From Paraspadella gotoi (Eukaryota; Animalia; Chaetognatha): a stretch of 64,000 nt of DNA. The stretch covers positions 12,577,039-12,641,038 of the forward strand of contig CM119271.1 of NCBI GenBank assembly GCA_051294375.1, given 5' to 3'. Of the stretch, positions 25,277 to 36,685 are shown one piece after another (the first letter of the stretch is position 1; each line of letters begins with the position of its first letter). The notes beneath the pieces are model-generated. The model ran no database searches. It saw only the letters and a list, made by a program, of their open reading frames with translations, and was not told the DNA's origin. Position numbers and translations under genes: made by a program.

Positions 25277-26802
25277 TCAATCAACTTTTCTCTTTTTTGT
25301 TGAAATTTCCTTCTAAAAAAAATCTCTCCAAATTTGTTTCGCCTTACCCAAACGATTCAGCGCCCTCACCTCACCTCACCTTCCTCCTTTCTCGCTCCAA
25401 CCCCGTCACCCTTACTTCTCTGTCTGGGCGTCGAACTTACTTTTCTGTCTGGGCGTCGAACTTACTCAACGCGCTTCGAGTCATATCCGAATATTTTCTC
25501 CTTTCTTTTAACCCGGTTCTCTTCTATCCTCATTCACTAACCTCTCATTCTATCCTCTCTATACCAATCTTCCTTTTCTATCTCGTTCTTTTCTATTTTC
25601 CATTCTGTCTCATCTCATCAATCCCCACCCCTAATCCCCACCCCATAATCCCCAACCCCTAATCCCCACCTCATAATCCCCACCCTTTCTTTCCCCCCCT
25701 TCCCTCCCAACCCTCGTGTTGCAGCGAAGATAATTTTCTTCAGAGATTCATCCCTTTGGGTCTCGCGAGACTAAGACTCGGCCGGGAGGCATCATAACCG
25801 TTTCCACCCTCTATACAGACTCGAACCCCCAGAGCACCCAGGGTCTTCAATAGTCTTAAGCCCTCGAGCACCCAGGGTCCTCATTGTACCCGACATAATC
25901 AAAAAAATACAAAATTACCCCCCCCCAAAAAAAAAAATCAAGGTTTTTTCAGTAGTCTAAAGTCTTATATAATTAGAAATTACGAGTACTTAATTGGATG
26001 GAATAGTCTCGAACGCCCAAGGTTCTCAATCAACTTTTCTCTTTTTTGTTGAAATTCCTTCTTAAAAAAATCTCTCAAATTTGTTTCGCCCTTACCCAAA
26101 CGAATTCAGCGCCCCTCACCTCACCTCACCTTCCTCCTTTCTCGCTCCAAGGCCCCGCTCACGCCTTACTTTCTCTGTCTGGGCGTCGAACTTATTTTCT
26201 GTCTGGGCGTCGAAACTTACTCAACGCGCTTTCGATCATATCCGAATATTTTTCTCCTTTCTTTTAACCCGCGTTTCTCTTCTATCCTCATTCACTAACC
26301 TCTCATTCTATTCTCTCTATACCAATCTTCCTTTTCTATCTCGTCTCTTTTCTATTTTCCATTCTGTCTCTCTCATCATCCCCACCCTAATCCCCACCCC
26401 ATAATCCAAACCCCTAATCCCACGCCCCCCCCCCCCCCCCCCCCCTTAATCCCCACCCTTTCTTTCCCCCCCTTCCCTCCCAACCTCGTGTTGCCCCAGC
26501 GAAGTAATTTTTTCAGAGATTCATCCCTTTGGTCTCGCGAACGCTAAGACTCGGCCGGGAGGGCATCATAACCGTTCCACCCTCTATTAACAGACTCGAA
26601 CCCCAGAGCACCCAGGGTCTTCAATAGTCTTAAGCCTCGAGCACCCAGGGTCCCTTCATTGTACCCCGACATAATCCAAAAAAATACAAATTAACCCCCC
26701 CCCCCAAAAAAAAAATCAAGGTTTTTCAGTAGTCAAAAGTCTATATAATTAGAAATTACCGAGACTTAATTGGATGGAATAGTCTCGAACGCCCAAGGTT
26801 CT
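25277..26802. repeat. Tandem duplication of a roughly 750-775 bp unit
   Basis: Both units start CAATCAACTTTTCTCTTTTTTGTTGAAAT and end GTCTCGAACGCCCAAGGTTCT. They differ mainly by 1-bp indels. Confidence 0.9.
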
Positions 26803-27453
26803 TCGTTTCAATTTCATTCGCACCCCAGGTTCAGCCAAATTTCCGTCAGTTGNNNNNNNNNNNNNNNNNNNNNNNNNCACCCCAGGTCTTCATGAGATTT
26901 AGTCTCAAAACGAAAAACAACTTCCGGACAAGAATTCAACGCTTCCGAGTCCAGGGGTTTTCAGAATCTGTCGTCGTTCGTCGTCGTCGTCGTCGTCGTC
27001 GTNNNNNNNNNNCGTTGTCGTCGTCTCTTTCTACCGAGGAAGCTATAAATATAAATATTGAACAGGTTATATACGAAGCGATTTTCTGACGATAAATATT
27101 GAATCTCTTATCTTTTCACGAAAAAATATTTTTTTCGCTCTTCGAATATCTGAGTCGTGAAAAATAAATTCCGCTGATATTTACGGTTTATGGTGTAAAT
27201 AAATAAGTAAATAAATCGATAAAAAAATAAATAAATTCGTTTAATTTTACGGTGAATAAATAAATAAATATGGCTCCCTCGTTGGTTTAAATATATGTCA
27301 TTGAAAAAAGGACCCTGAATCTCGAAGTATCATATGACTACCTCCTCCTCCTCCTCTTCCTCCTCCTCCTCCTCATCATCATCAGAAGTCATTTTCCCTT
27401 TTGTTTTCTTTGTTTCTAAAAACAAAATGTCTTCGCAAATTAAGGCTGATATA

Positions 27454-27546
<93 letters not shown>

Positions 27547-27647
27547 AAAGGAAAATCTTTCCAGGGAGATTTTTTTTTCTTTCTTTTCGCCCGTAGAGAT
27601 TGTCGGTCTATCTCTTTTTCTTTTGTTTCTCATTAGTTCTTTCTCTC

Positions 27648-27680
<33 letters not shown>

Positions 27681-27682
27681 TC

Positions 27683-27723
<41 letters not shown>

Positions 27724-28601
27724 TTGTCCATAATCCATCCGACACCAAAGTCTTTCATCCGATTAACATCAGATTTCTTTTCATTTCGCGCATCTGCTAA
27801 TCATTGCCGACAGAGAAATCTGGCAAGCATCGGCCAATACGGACGACCATCAGCAATCTTGGCCGATCGGAGGAAAGTTGTTTGAAAAAGAAAAAGAAAT
27901 GAGGAATTGCATTAACTTTTTAGTTTTTTACAATAACTGTACTAATTATTTAGGACGACTGATGATAAACTTTGGGACTTTTATCAACCATTTGAACAAT
28001 AAAAATTCATCTTTCTCTCTCTCCTCCTCCATCTCGTCCTCTTTCTCCTCCTTCTCTTCCTTCGCCTCTCCCTTTTCTTCCTCCTATTCCACCTCCTCTT
28101 CCTCCTTCCCTTCCTTTTCCTCTTCTTCCTCCTTCTCCATTTCTTCATCTTCTTCCTCTTCCTCTTCCTTTTCTTCCTCCTCTTCCACCTCCTCTTCCTC
28201 CTTCCCTTCCTTTTCCTCTTCTTCCTCCTCCTACTCCTTCTCCTCTTCCTTTTCCACTTTCTCATCTTCTTCCTCTTCTTCCTCCTCCTCTTTCTCCTCC
28301 TCTTCCTCGTCCTTTTTCTTACCTTCATTATTCTCTTCTTCCTCTTACTCTTCCTCCTCTTACTCTTCCTCCTCCTCATCTTCCTCTTTCTCTTCCTACT
28401 TCTCTTCCTTCTTCATTTCTTTATCCTCTTCCTCTTCCCTCTTCCTCTTCCTCTTCCTTCCACTCTTCCTTTCTTCCTCTTCCCCTCTTCCTCCTCTTCT
28501 TCCTCACGAAGAACTAAATAAAAAATACCAAAACTCTCATATATTTTTTTGTTGAGATGGAAAATCGTTCCTCGTTTTCGATTCCATCTTATTTCTTTTT
28601 A

Positions 28602-28931
28602 GGTCATATTTTCAAAAAACGCCGTATTTCAGTTTAAATTCAGTATTAGCGAAAAAGGTTTATATTTTAATTTTTACAATGAATTTATTTTAAATTATTA
28701 TACAAATTCAGTTTTAAATAAGTTTTTGAAATTAAAGTTTAAAGGTTAAGGATAAAAATTAGAGCAATAATTTAAATTAAAAATTTTGTTTAATATTTTG
28801 GTTCAAGATTAGGGTCTAAGGTTAGAAATTAGTTTAAATATTCAATAAGAGACCTTAAAGTTAAATATATCATTTAAAATTAAGTTGAAAGATTATAAAC
28901 GGAAATGGGGCACTATCGGAAAATAGTGCCC
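28602..28931. mobile_element. MITE-like element, same family
   Basis: Left end GGTCATATTTTCAAAAAACGCCGTATTTC, right end GAAATGGGGCACTATCGGAAAATAGTGCC (imperfect inverted repeats). Interior has degenerate GGTTAAGG/TTAGGG. Preceded by TTA. Confidence 0.5.
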
Positions 28932-29123
28932 TTTTTTTGAAAAAAAAATTTTAAAAAGGTTTGATATTTTTTTTCTTTTTTTTTTCTTTTTTTGAAATTC
29001 GTCAGATTTTGTGAAAATATTTTTTCGGTCGAACTGAAAAAGGAAATCTCCACTGAAAACCGGATTGAGAATTTTTTGAAGGCTGAGCTAGAGAGGAGGA
29101 GAGAGTTTGCGTGTATGAGCGAA

Positions 29124-29171
<48 letters not shown>

Positions 29172-29734
29172 GAGAGAGAGAGAAGAGAGAGAGAGAGAGG
29201 AGAGAGAGAGAGACAGAGAGAGAGAGACAGAGAGAGAGACAGAGGGAGTAGGAGAAGGAGAAAAAGATAAAAAAGGTGAGAGAGACATATAGAAAAAAGA
29301 GAAGGAAAGAGCGAGAAAAAATATATAATATATTCAATTTGAGTTGAGCTTCTTGCACTGCCTAAAAGAGTTTTATTCGCGCTTTCACAAAGTCAAGAAT
29401 TTAGCTTTAATTGTGACATAAAAAAAGAGAGAAAGAAAGGAGAGGGAGAGAGAAAAAATGTAAAAGGAAAGGGAGAGCGGAGAGGGGGAGAGGGAGAGAG
29501 GGAGAGAGAGAGAGGGGGGGAAGAGAGAGAGAGCAAAAGTGTCAAAAGTTAACGACGTGCCAAAAAAGGTAAAAGAAGAAAAGAAAAGAAAAGAAAAGAA
29601 AAGAAAAGAAAAGAAAAGAAAAGAAAAGAAAAGAAGGATCCATTCAAAGTCTCGATGTCATTCTCTCCTTTTTCGTCGTTGACTCAAAATCTTTTAAGAT
29701 AATTTTTTTTTTTTTTGCTTTTTTCTTTTCCTTT

Positions 29735-30050
29735 TTTTAGTTGCGCCGCGGTCGGTCTGTCAGTCGGTCGGTCGGTATGTGTGTCCGTCGATCTGTTCCA
29801 CTTACGTTAAAAATGCTTATAATTTGCTTATAGTTTGTTGCTCATTTGTTAAGACCGGAAAAAAACCTAAAAACTAAGGGACTGCTAGCGCCGTCTTCAG
29901 GAATTTCCTAAAACTATAAGGAATAAAAGACGATATTTCGATGCAGTGCGTGTCATAAATACCCTGGTGAAAAAAAGTTTTTTAGTCATGTCACGTCAAG
30001 TCATTACATATCACATGATCAAAGGGAAATACACGTGAAAATAAAGTCAA
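29735..30050. mobile_element. HINE/DINE-like element copy, opposite orientation
   Basis: TTTTAGTTGCGCCGCG, (GGTC)n, GTTGCTCATTTGTTAAGAC and GGGACTGCTAGCGCCG are reverse complements of the family blocks. Half of the palindrome is deleted. Confidence 0.65.
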
Positions 30051-30482
30051 CACATTGGAATCACCGTTCTTGTTTCTCTCACTTTTTATTTTTCCCTTTT
30101 CTCTCGTGTTTTTATCTTTTTTTCTTTTACAGTTCTCGCTCGACCTCTTCTTTTTTACGTTTCCATTATGTGATCTTTATCTTTCATTCTCTTTTTTATT
30201 TTCTTTTTCCCTCCTTTTCTTTCCTCCATTTCCTCCCATTCCTCTTTCCTCCCTTTCCTTCATTTCCTCCCTGCTCTTCCCCTTTCCTCCTTCCTCCATT
30301 TCCTCTTTCCTCCATTTCCTCTCTATCCTCCTCGCTCTCCCCCCTACCTCTACCCCAGTGGGGGGGGCGTAGAGGCGGAAGCCAAATCCGAACCTCGATC
30401 GCATTCTCGTCTCACCCAGATTTTCAAACCTCCGGGGGCCACGCCCACTTCCGGTTCCATCCGGGGTCTCTCTCTCTCTCCG

Positions 30483-30562
<80 letters not shown>

Positions 30563-30627
30563 ATTTGGCTCTTGTTCACCCGTTCCATATATCATCTCCT
30601 CACGGAGGTTTTTTTTTTGGCCCTTCG

Positions 30628-30698
<71 letters not shown>

Positions 30699-31185
30699 AT
30701 CTGCCCTTCGTCGTTTCTCCTAATTTTTCGCGACGCCCTCTGCGGTAAAGAGCGAAATTAAAGAAAGGAGAATAAAAAGAAAAAGAAAAAAAGCGAAACA
30801 ACGTTTTGAGCAAAAAAAAAAAATCAATGTCTCCAAAAAATGTTAGGTAATCAGTTAAATCGTTTTGTAAATCGTTTTGTAAAAGTCATTTTAAAGAGAA
30901 AAAAATTTATTTTCGTCCATTTTTTTTTAAATCTCGATTTTTGTCTTTCGAATCATAACGCAATCATAACGCAGAAGTAATTAGAACCGAAATGAGAGAA
31001 TTATTGATTAAACTTTATTCAAGTTAAAAAGCGTGAGGACGAGTGTAAACAGACTTGGGGGCGTGGCGAACCCAAAGATCAGGACCCCCGTTACATTGAT
31101 AGAGTGGAGGCTAATGAAGGAGCGGATCGTTTTAACTTACTCGGCGCCTTTTAAACATCAGTTTTGAAAAAGAAACTTGCGGATT

Positions 31186-31420
31186 AAGTCATATCTCTAA
31201 GTCATCCCTAAGTCATCTCTAAGTCATCCCTAAGTTAACACTAATTCATCCCTAAGTCATCCCTAAGTCATCACTAATTCATCACTAAGTCATCTTTAAG
31301 TCATCCATGAGATATCCCTAATTCATCACTAAGTCATCCCGAAGTCATCACTAATTCATCACTAAGTCATCTTTAAGTCATCTCTAAATCACCACTAATT
31401 CATCACTAACTCATCACCAA
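31186..31420. repeat. 11-bp minisatellite (CTAAKTCATCH)n overlapping the transporter stop codon and 3' UTR
   Basis: About 20 tandem units such as CTAAGTCATCC and CTAATTCATCA. Confidence 0.9.
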
Positions 31421-31884
31421 TCCCTGACCGTGATCTCGTCTTTCGCTTCTCTTCACATCACATATCACGATGGTCACCGACGCAAAGACGAGTACGACTC
31501 CAAGTATCTTGATCCAATTCATGTCTTGATTCAACCAAATCCAACCCCAAGCGTAAGTCAACGGAACTTGCAACGAAGTCACCAACGTGGTCAGCGTCGG
31601 CGTGTGAGTCTTGTTAGAGAGAACGCAGGCGAATTGACCGACGGCGCTGAGCAGCGCCATCGTCGTCAACGACAGAGCGACGAGCGAGTCGGGAGCCACG
31701 CCCACTCCTCCGTCGACGGTGGCGCCGATGGCGCCGCAGAGGAAAAGTCCCGCGCCGATGGAGAGCATCCAATTGGAAACGGGGATCTCCTTGAAGATGC
31801 TGACCAACATGGCGTCGATCGTGAGTGAGGCGCCGGTCGTCAGACCGAGAAGATAACCCGTGGCGTCGCGAGAAGATTCCAACT
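31406..31884 (-). CDS. SLC35G/EamA-type transporter, exon 3 (terminal)
   Basis: Acceptor AAAAAAG at 31886-31885, phase 1. Second EamA repeat (VGQFACVLSNK...TLVTSLQVPLTYAWGWIWLNQDMNWIKILGVVLVFASV). Stop TAG at 31408-31406. Spliced product is about 319 aa with about 10 TM segments. Confidence 0.85.
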
Positions 31885-32233
31885 CTTTTTTCGAAAAGCA
31901 TCCCATTTTTGGAATTAAATTTAATTTTTTTAGGATTAATTTAAGGATTAAATTAAGGGATAAGGATGATGAATAGGGTTAGGGATTTAGGTTAGAGATA
32001 TGGATAGAGTTTGTTGTTAAATATTAGGGTTAAGGTTAGGGTTAGGTTAGGAAATAAAGTTATGGATCAGTGCTAAAGATTATAAAATGCAATTATGGAT
32101 TAGGCTGGGGTTAAGAATTACGTTTTGCGATTGTATTAACCATTTTTAAAAATGATAAGTATTAATTATTAGGCTTAAAATTAACTTTCAAGGATTAAAA
32201 ACAGAAAACGGGACGCTTTCGAAAAATCGTGCC
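31885..32233. mobile_element. MITE-like element with a telomere-like core, occupying intron 2 of the SLC35G-like gene
   Basis: Inverted repeats TTTTTCGAAAAGCATCCCATTTT (31887-31909) and AAAACGGGACGCTTTCGAAAAA (32205-32226), with a degenerate TTAGGG-rich interior. Related elements at 28.6 and 41.3 kb. Confidence 0.6.
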
Positions 32234-32410
32234 TAAACTCGATCCGAAGATAAAAGTCGGTTGCGTGACGAGAACGACGCCGAAGATGGAAAGAACGATG
32301 CCGACGAATTGCGGCGCCGTCGGAAGACGCCGGCGCCATAAGGAATCGAAGAATGGAATATAGACGAGACAAAGATCGCTTAGGAGAGCTACGTCGCCGA
32401 CTGGGATTAA
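32233..32410 (-). CDS. SLC35G/EamA-type transporter, exon 2
   Basis: Acceptor cccctaccAG (32412-32411). Translation LIPVGDVALLSDLCLVYIPFFDSLWRRRLPTAPQFVGIVLSIFGVVLVTQPTFIFGSSL. The PxGxA and GVxLxxxPxFxFG motifs are typical of the first EamA repeat of SLC35G proteins. Donor is either TAG|GCACG (GC, 32232) or CGA|GTTTAG (32238); both are phase 1. Confidence 0.85.
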
Positions 32411-32449
32411 CTGGTAGGGGAGGAATTAGCATTTTCTTGTTTATTTTGG

Positions 32450-32556
<107 letters not shown>

Positions 32557-32647
32557 AACACATTTTTCCTTTAACGTTCACAACTGTCACAAGCGCTGTA
32601 CTTGGCGTAGTACAACAAATAACTTCCATTGCTGTCGTTGACCTGAC

Positions 32648-32950
32648 CTTTTGCGCTTGAACGTAAACGTAATTGTCCACGATTCCGCAGAGACCAAGAG
32701 CGATTGTCGCTGAACCTTCCTTCCATTGCCTGATGGGCCTTGGAGATTCTTCCGGATCCGCAAAGGCGACGCAAATGGACGTTACGAAAAACGCGGCGGA
32801 AAAGACGAGGTTAATCAGTTGAATGTCGATTCCAGCTTCTGCCGTGACGCCAGATTGCAGATCGCAAAATGACCAACTCATTGCAGTCAATAGAGAAAGG
32901 AAAACGGAATTCGCTCGAGGGTTGGAATAGAAGGCGGTGAGAGAAGGCAT
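32648..32950 (-). CDS. SLC35G/EamA-type (DMT superfamily) transporter, exon 1
   Basis: ATG at 32950, 101 codons with three hydrophobic segments ending LGLCGIVDNYVYVQAQK. Donor AAG|GTCAG, phase 0. Confidence 0.82.
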
Positions 32951-33737
32951 CGTTGCTGTCAGATGGTTGTGTTGTGTATTTTGATATTGAAATGTTTTAA
33001 AACGGACTTTGGTGAAGAAGGCGTCATGATTTCGCGTGAACCTTTGTTTTAATCAAAATCGCCAGAGTTGAAAAAACGAAAAAAATGTAATTTTTGGGGG
33101 AATTTTAGTTTCGGTTTAAAACTGATTTTTTCGATTTAACCTCTGTTGTGTTTTTTTTCGCTTTTTATCTTTTTCATTTCTTGATTAAATCTAATCAGTT
33201 ATCAGTTAATAAGTCTATAGGACTTCGGAACTTTTTATGGAAGATAATTTTAAAAGAAGGTTAACGTTCGCAATCTGTGAAACTCGAAAATGTTTTGTTA
33301 TTCGGACCGTGAACAACAGGTCGTGATAATCAGGCTAAAGAATGAGCAGCGATAAAGTGACACGATCTTTTTAGTTCACATTTTGCGATGGAAGAATTTA
33401 ATAGCAATGGGGTAACTCTGATTATGACAGAGTGGTGTTCTGACACTCGGGTTGTGACAAATTCATGAATTGATATTTTGGCTGCGATAAATTAGTTAAC
33501 TCACCCTCCGGTTGTGACAAATAGACAATCTAACACTACGGTTATCGCAAAACGGTGAGGTGACACAACAGTGAAAAAGTGGCGACGTGAAATTCCGGTT
33601 AATCGAGGTCACTGACTTTGATCGACGATGAAAGGAAACTTTCACGTCGGAGAATCTTGAATCACGGAGATTCACGGGTGGGTGAGAGGGAGAGGGGGAG
33701 TGAGGGGAGGAGAGAGGAAGGTTAGTGATTGCCTTAT

Positions 33738-34040
33738 CACGTGACATGACGTGACATGACATTACGTGACATGACTACAATAACTTTCTTTGCCCGTATA
33801 TTTACGACATGCACTGCATCCGTCTTTTATTCCTTATAGTTTTAGGATTTCCTGAAGGAGGCGCAAGAAGTCTTTTAGATTTGAGGTTTTTTTTCTTTTT
33901 TCCTTTTCTTAACAAATGAGCAACCAACTATATGCATTTTTCACGCAAGTGGGACAGACCGACGGATCGACCGACCGACAGACCGACCGAAAAGTGTCTT
34001 ATAGAGTCGCTCCGCGAGTACTCGCGGCGCAACTCAAAAA
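33738..34040. mobile_element. HINE/DINE-like element copy
   Basis: Same blocks (GTGACATGAC repeats, TTTAGGATTTCCTGAAGG, TAACAAATGAGCAAC, GACC repeats, CCGCGAGTACTCGCGG). Confidence 0.7.
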
Positions 34041-34159
34041 AACCTAAAAGGAAAAAAATTAAGACGAAAGGAGAATTTCGTTCGGGAAATAATCGACCTT
34101 CTGTTTGGTCTTTTTTTCCCCAGGTGGCGCTTTTTCTCATTTTTGGTCTTGCGATTTTG

Positions 34160-34305
34160 GACCAATCGGCCTCAACCAATCCGGGGCCCTCTAATCTCGG
34201 TAGGCGAAGAGGCAGCCAATCAGCGGCGTTTGGGATAGAGCGACCAATCAGCGTTCGATTTAATACGCTTTGACCAATGGCGATTCGAGACGATCCGACC
34301 AATCA
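34160..34305 (+). promoter_or_regulatory. Cluster of six co-oriented CCAAT (NF-Y-type) boxes
   Basis: CCAAT at 34162, 34176, 34216, 34244, 34274 and 34299, mostly in RCCAATC context, within a CpG-rich island. Confidence 0.5.
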
Positions 34306-34645
34306 CCGTTGACTAAATCACTCGCGGGAACGAGGCTGAGGCTTTGTTTTGATTGAGCGAGGCTTACTTCCTTATCTTGATGGGAGCAGGGAATTTAAAG
34401 GAGGTTTACTTGCGGGTAGGAGATGCAGCAGATGCAAGGTGTTGTAATTAAACATTAAGGTTACATGATGTTTGTTTACACTCGTGTTTATTATTTGTTG
34501 TCGATTCTGTTTTAGGACATAAAAAATAAAAATCATACATTCATTCAAAAATATAGCTAACTGGCCTTTTTCATAGAATAGTCTTTCTTTCTTACTAGAT
34601 AATTTTGATAAAATTTTATTGTTATATTCCTTTCATTTCGTTTGA

Positions 34646-34740
34646 TATTAGGAAAAACAGATTTCTGTGTTCACAACAATTTTATTGACAGTTTGAATCG
34701 TTTAAATCGTTGTGAACACAAAAATCTGTTTTTCCTGATA
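34646..34740. other. Near-perfect 95-bp hairpin (small MITE or hairpin RNA)
   Basis: TATTAGGAAAAACAGATTTCTGTGTTCACAACAATTT pairs with AAATCGTTGTGAACACAAAAATCTGTTTTTCCTGATA (37-bp arms, 3 substitutions). Confidence 0.75.
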
Positions 34741-35311
34741 AAATTTTATATATTGTAGTCTTATCCGACTATATATAAACTTAATTTATAATATCAAGTT
34801 ATGGCCTCCACTTTAAACTTTTAGATATTTTCCTTTTTTAATAAATAACTTTCTAACAAGAAAGTTTGATGTTTGATAGCTAATGACTAATTAGAAACGC
34901 AGGAGGAAAACTTATTTTTAAACTTGTGTTATATGGATGCTTTTTCTATTTTTAAACTAAAAGTAACTTTATATTCCCTTCTCCGAAAACAAAATAAAAG
35001 CATAGATTAAATAAATACTGAATTCATTGAATGAAATAATCAAATAATTAAATACTTTTCTAAAAAAATCAAAATAAATAATCCTACAATTTTCATATTG
35101 ATCCATTGATCTTTCTCATCATCTTTTTTCCGTGGGCTTCATAAAAAACTCATACCTTGGTCGGAATAAAATCCCCATGACGTCGATAACGAGAAATTTT
35201 ACGACGGCGAACGGGTTTGAACTCTGGACCTCGAGACTCGAACCTCAGACTCTGACCTTTTTTTCTTTGGAGTCTCGAGTCGCGTGGGGATTTTCCTTCT
35301 TTTTTTTGTGG

Positions 35312-36140
35312 GGAAGAGAAAAAGTGGAAATAGAAAAAGGAAAAGGGAAGAAAAAAGGGGGGAAAGGGAAAAAAGAGGAAGAAGGAAGAAAAGGAAAAGG
35401 AGGAAGTGGAAAATGGAAGATGGAAGGGAAAAGGGGGAAAAGGAAAAAAGAGGAAGGAGGGAAATGGGAAAAGGAGGAAATGAAAATGGGAAGAAAAAAG
35501 GGAGAAAATGGAAAAAAGAGGAAGAAGGAGGAAAATGTAAAAGGGAAGAGGGAAAAGGGAAGAGAGAGAAAAAGGGAAGAAAAAAGGGGCAAAATGAAAA
35601 AAGAAGGAGGAAAATGGAAAAGGGTAAAGGGAAAATGGAAGAGAGAAGAAGGGGAAGAAAAAATAGGGAAAAGGAAAAAATAGGAAGAAGGAGAAAAAGG
35701 GAAAAGGGAAAAGGGAAGAAAAATGGGGAAAAGGGAAAAAAGAGGAAGGAGGAATAGGGAAAAGGGAAGAGAGAGAAAAAGGGAATAAAAAAAAGGCAAA
35801 AGGAAAAAAGAGGAAGGAGGAAAATGGAAAAGGAAAAATGGAAGAGAGAAGAAAAGAGAAAAAAATAGAGAAAAGGAAAAAATAGGAAGATGGAGGAAAA
35901 GGGAAAAGGGAAAAAAGAGGAAGAAGAGAAGAGAGGAGACAAAATGGAAAATAGGGAAAGAGTTACAGATGTAAGGGAAATGGAGAAAAATGGAAAAAGG
36001 AGGAAATGGAAAAAGGAAAAAGGGCGAAAAAGAATAATGGAGGAAGGAGGAAAAGGGAAAAAGAGGAAAATAAAAATGGAAAAAGCGAAAAAGGAAAAAG
36101 AAAAAATATGGAAAAAGGAGAAAATGAAAAGAAAGTGACC
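35312..36140. repeat. Polypurine low-complexity tract
   Basis: Almost purely A/G on the plus strand. Similar tracts at 28015-28505 (pyrimidine), 42825-43100, 58450-58870 (CTTTT)n and 4415-4520 (GAAGA)n, plus dozens of (AG)n/(CT)n microsatellites across the window. Confidence 0.9.
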
Positions 36141-36190
36141 GAGGAAAAAAATGGTAATAAAGGTCAAAATGTAAAATCCCAGAGAAGAAA

Positions 36191-36495
36191 GAACAAGATC
36201 GGTCCATCCAATGTGTTGCGTCGCAGTGACTTTCTTAACCCGTGTATTTATGACACGCTCTGCATCAGAATTCTGTCTTTTATTCTTTTTAGTTTTAGGA
36301 TTTCCTGAAAGCGGCGCGAGCAGTCCCTTAGATTTGAGGGGTTTTTTTTCTGTCTTAACAAATGAGCAACCAACAATAGGTAGGTTATAAGTATTTTTAA
36401 CGTAACTTGGACAGGCCGACGGACAGACAGACCGACAGATCGACCGAAAAGTGACTTATAGAGTTGCTCCGCGAGTACTCGCGGCGCAACTAAAA
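36191..36495. mobile_element. Non-autonomous Helentron-associated (HINE/DINE-1-like) element, most complete copy
   Basis: Dispersed roughly 300 bp repeat with a (GACC/GACA)n microsatellite next to a terminal palindrome AGTTGCTCCGCGAGT-ACTCGCGGCGCAACT followed by an A run (T run on the other strand). This is the known HINE/DINE-1 layout. Confidence 0.7.
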
Positions 36496-36651
36496 AGATG
36501 AAAATTTAATTGGTGAAAAAGGAGAGGAAGATTTTTTAAGGTTAACTTTTGTGAATTAAATTTGTGAATTAAATCTGAAATTTGTTCGACATCAAAATTG
36601 ACGAGTGCGACGTTTTATCGTTTTTCATTGTTGATATCTTACTTTCTTTGA

Positions 36652-36685
<34 letters not shown>

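Noticed and set aside
31430-31828. Plus-strand 132-aa ORF
   Set aside because: Antisense shadow of transporter exon 3.
35132-36308. Long Lys/Glu/Gly-rich and Phe/Ser-rich ORFs, and similar LSLSLS, ERERER, SSSS and VVVV ORFs throughout
   Set aside because: Translations of polypurine/polypyrimidine and di- or trinucleotide repeats, open in several frames at once.
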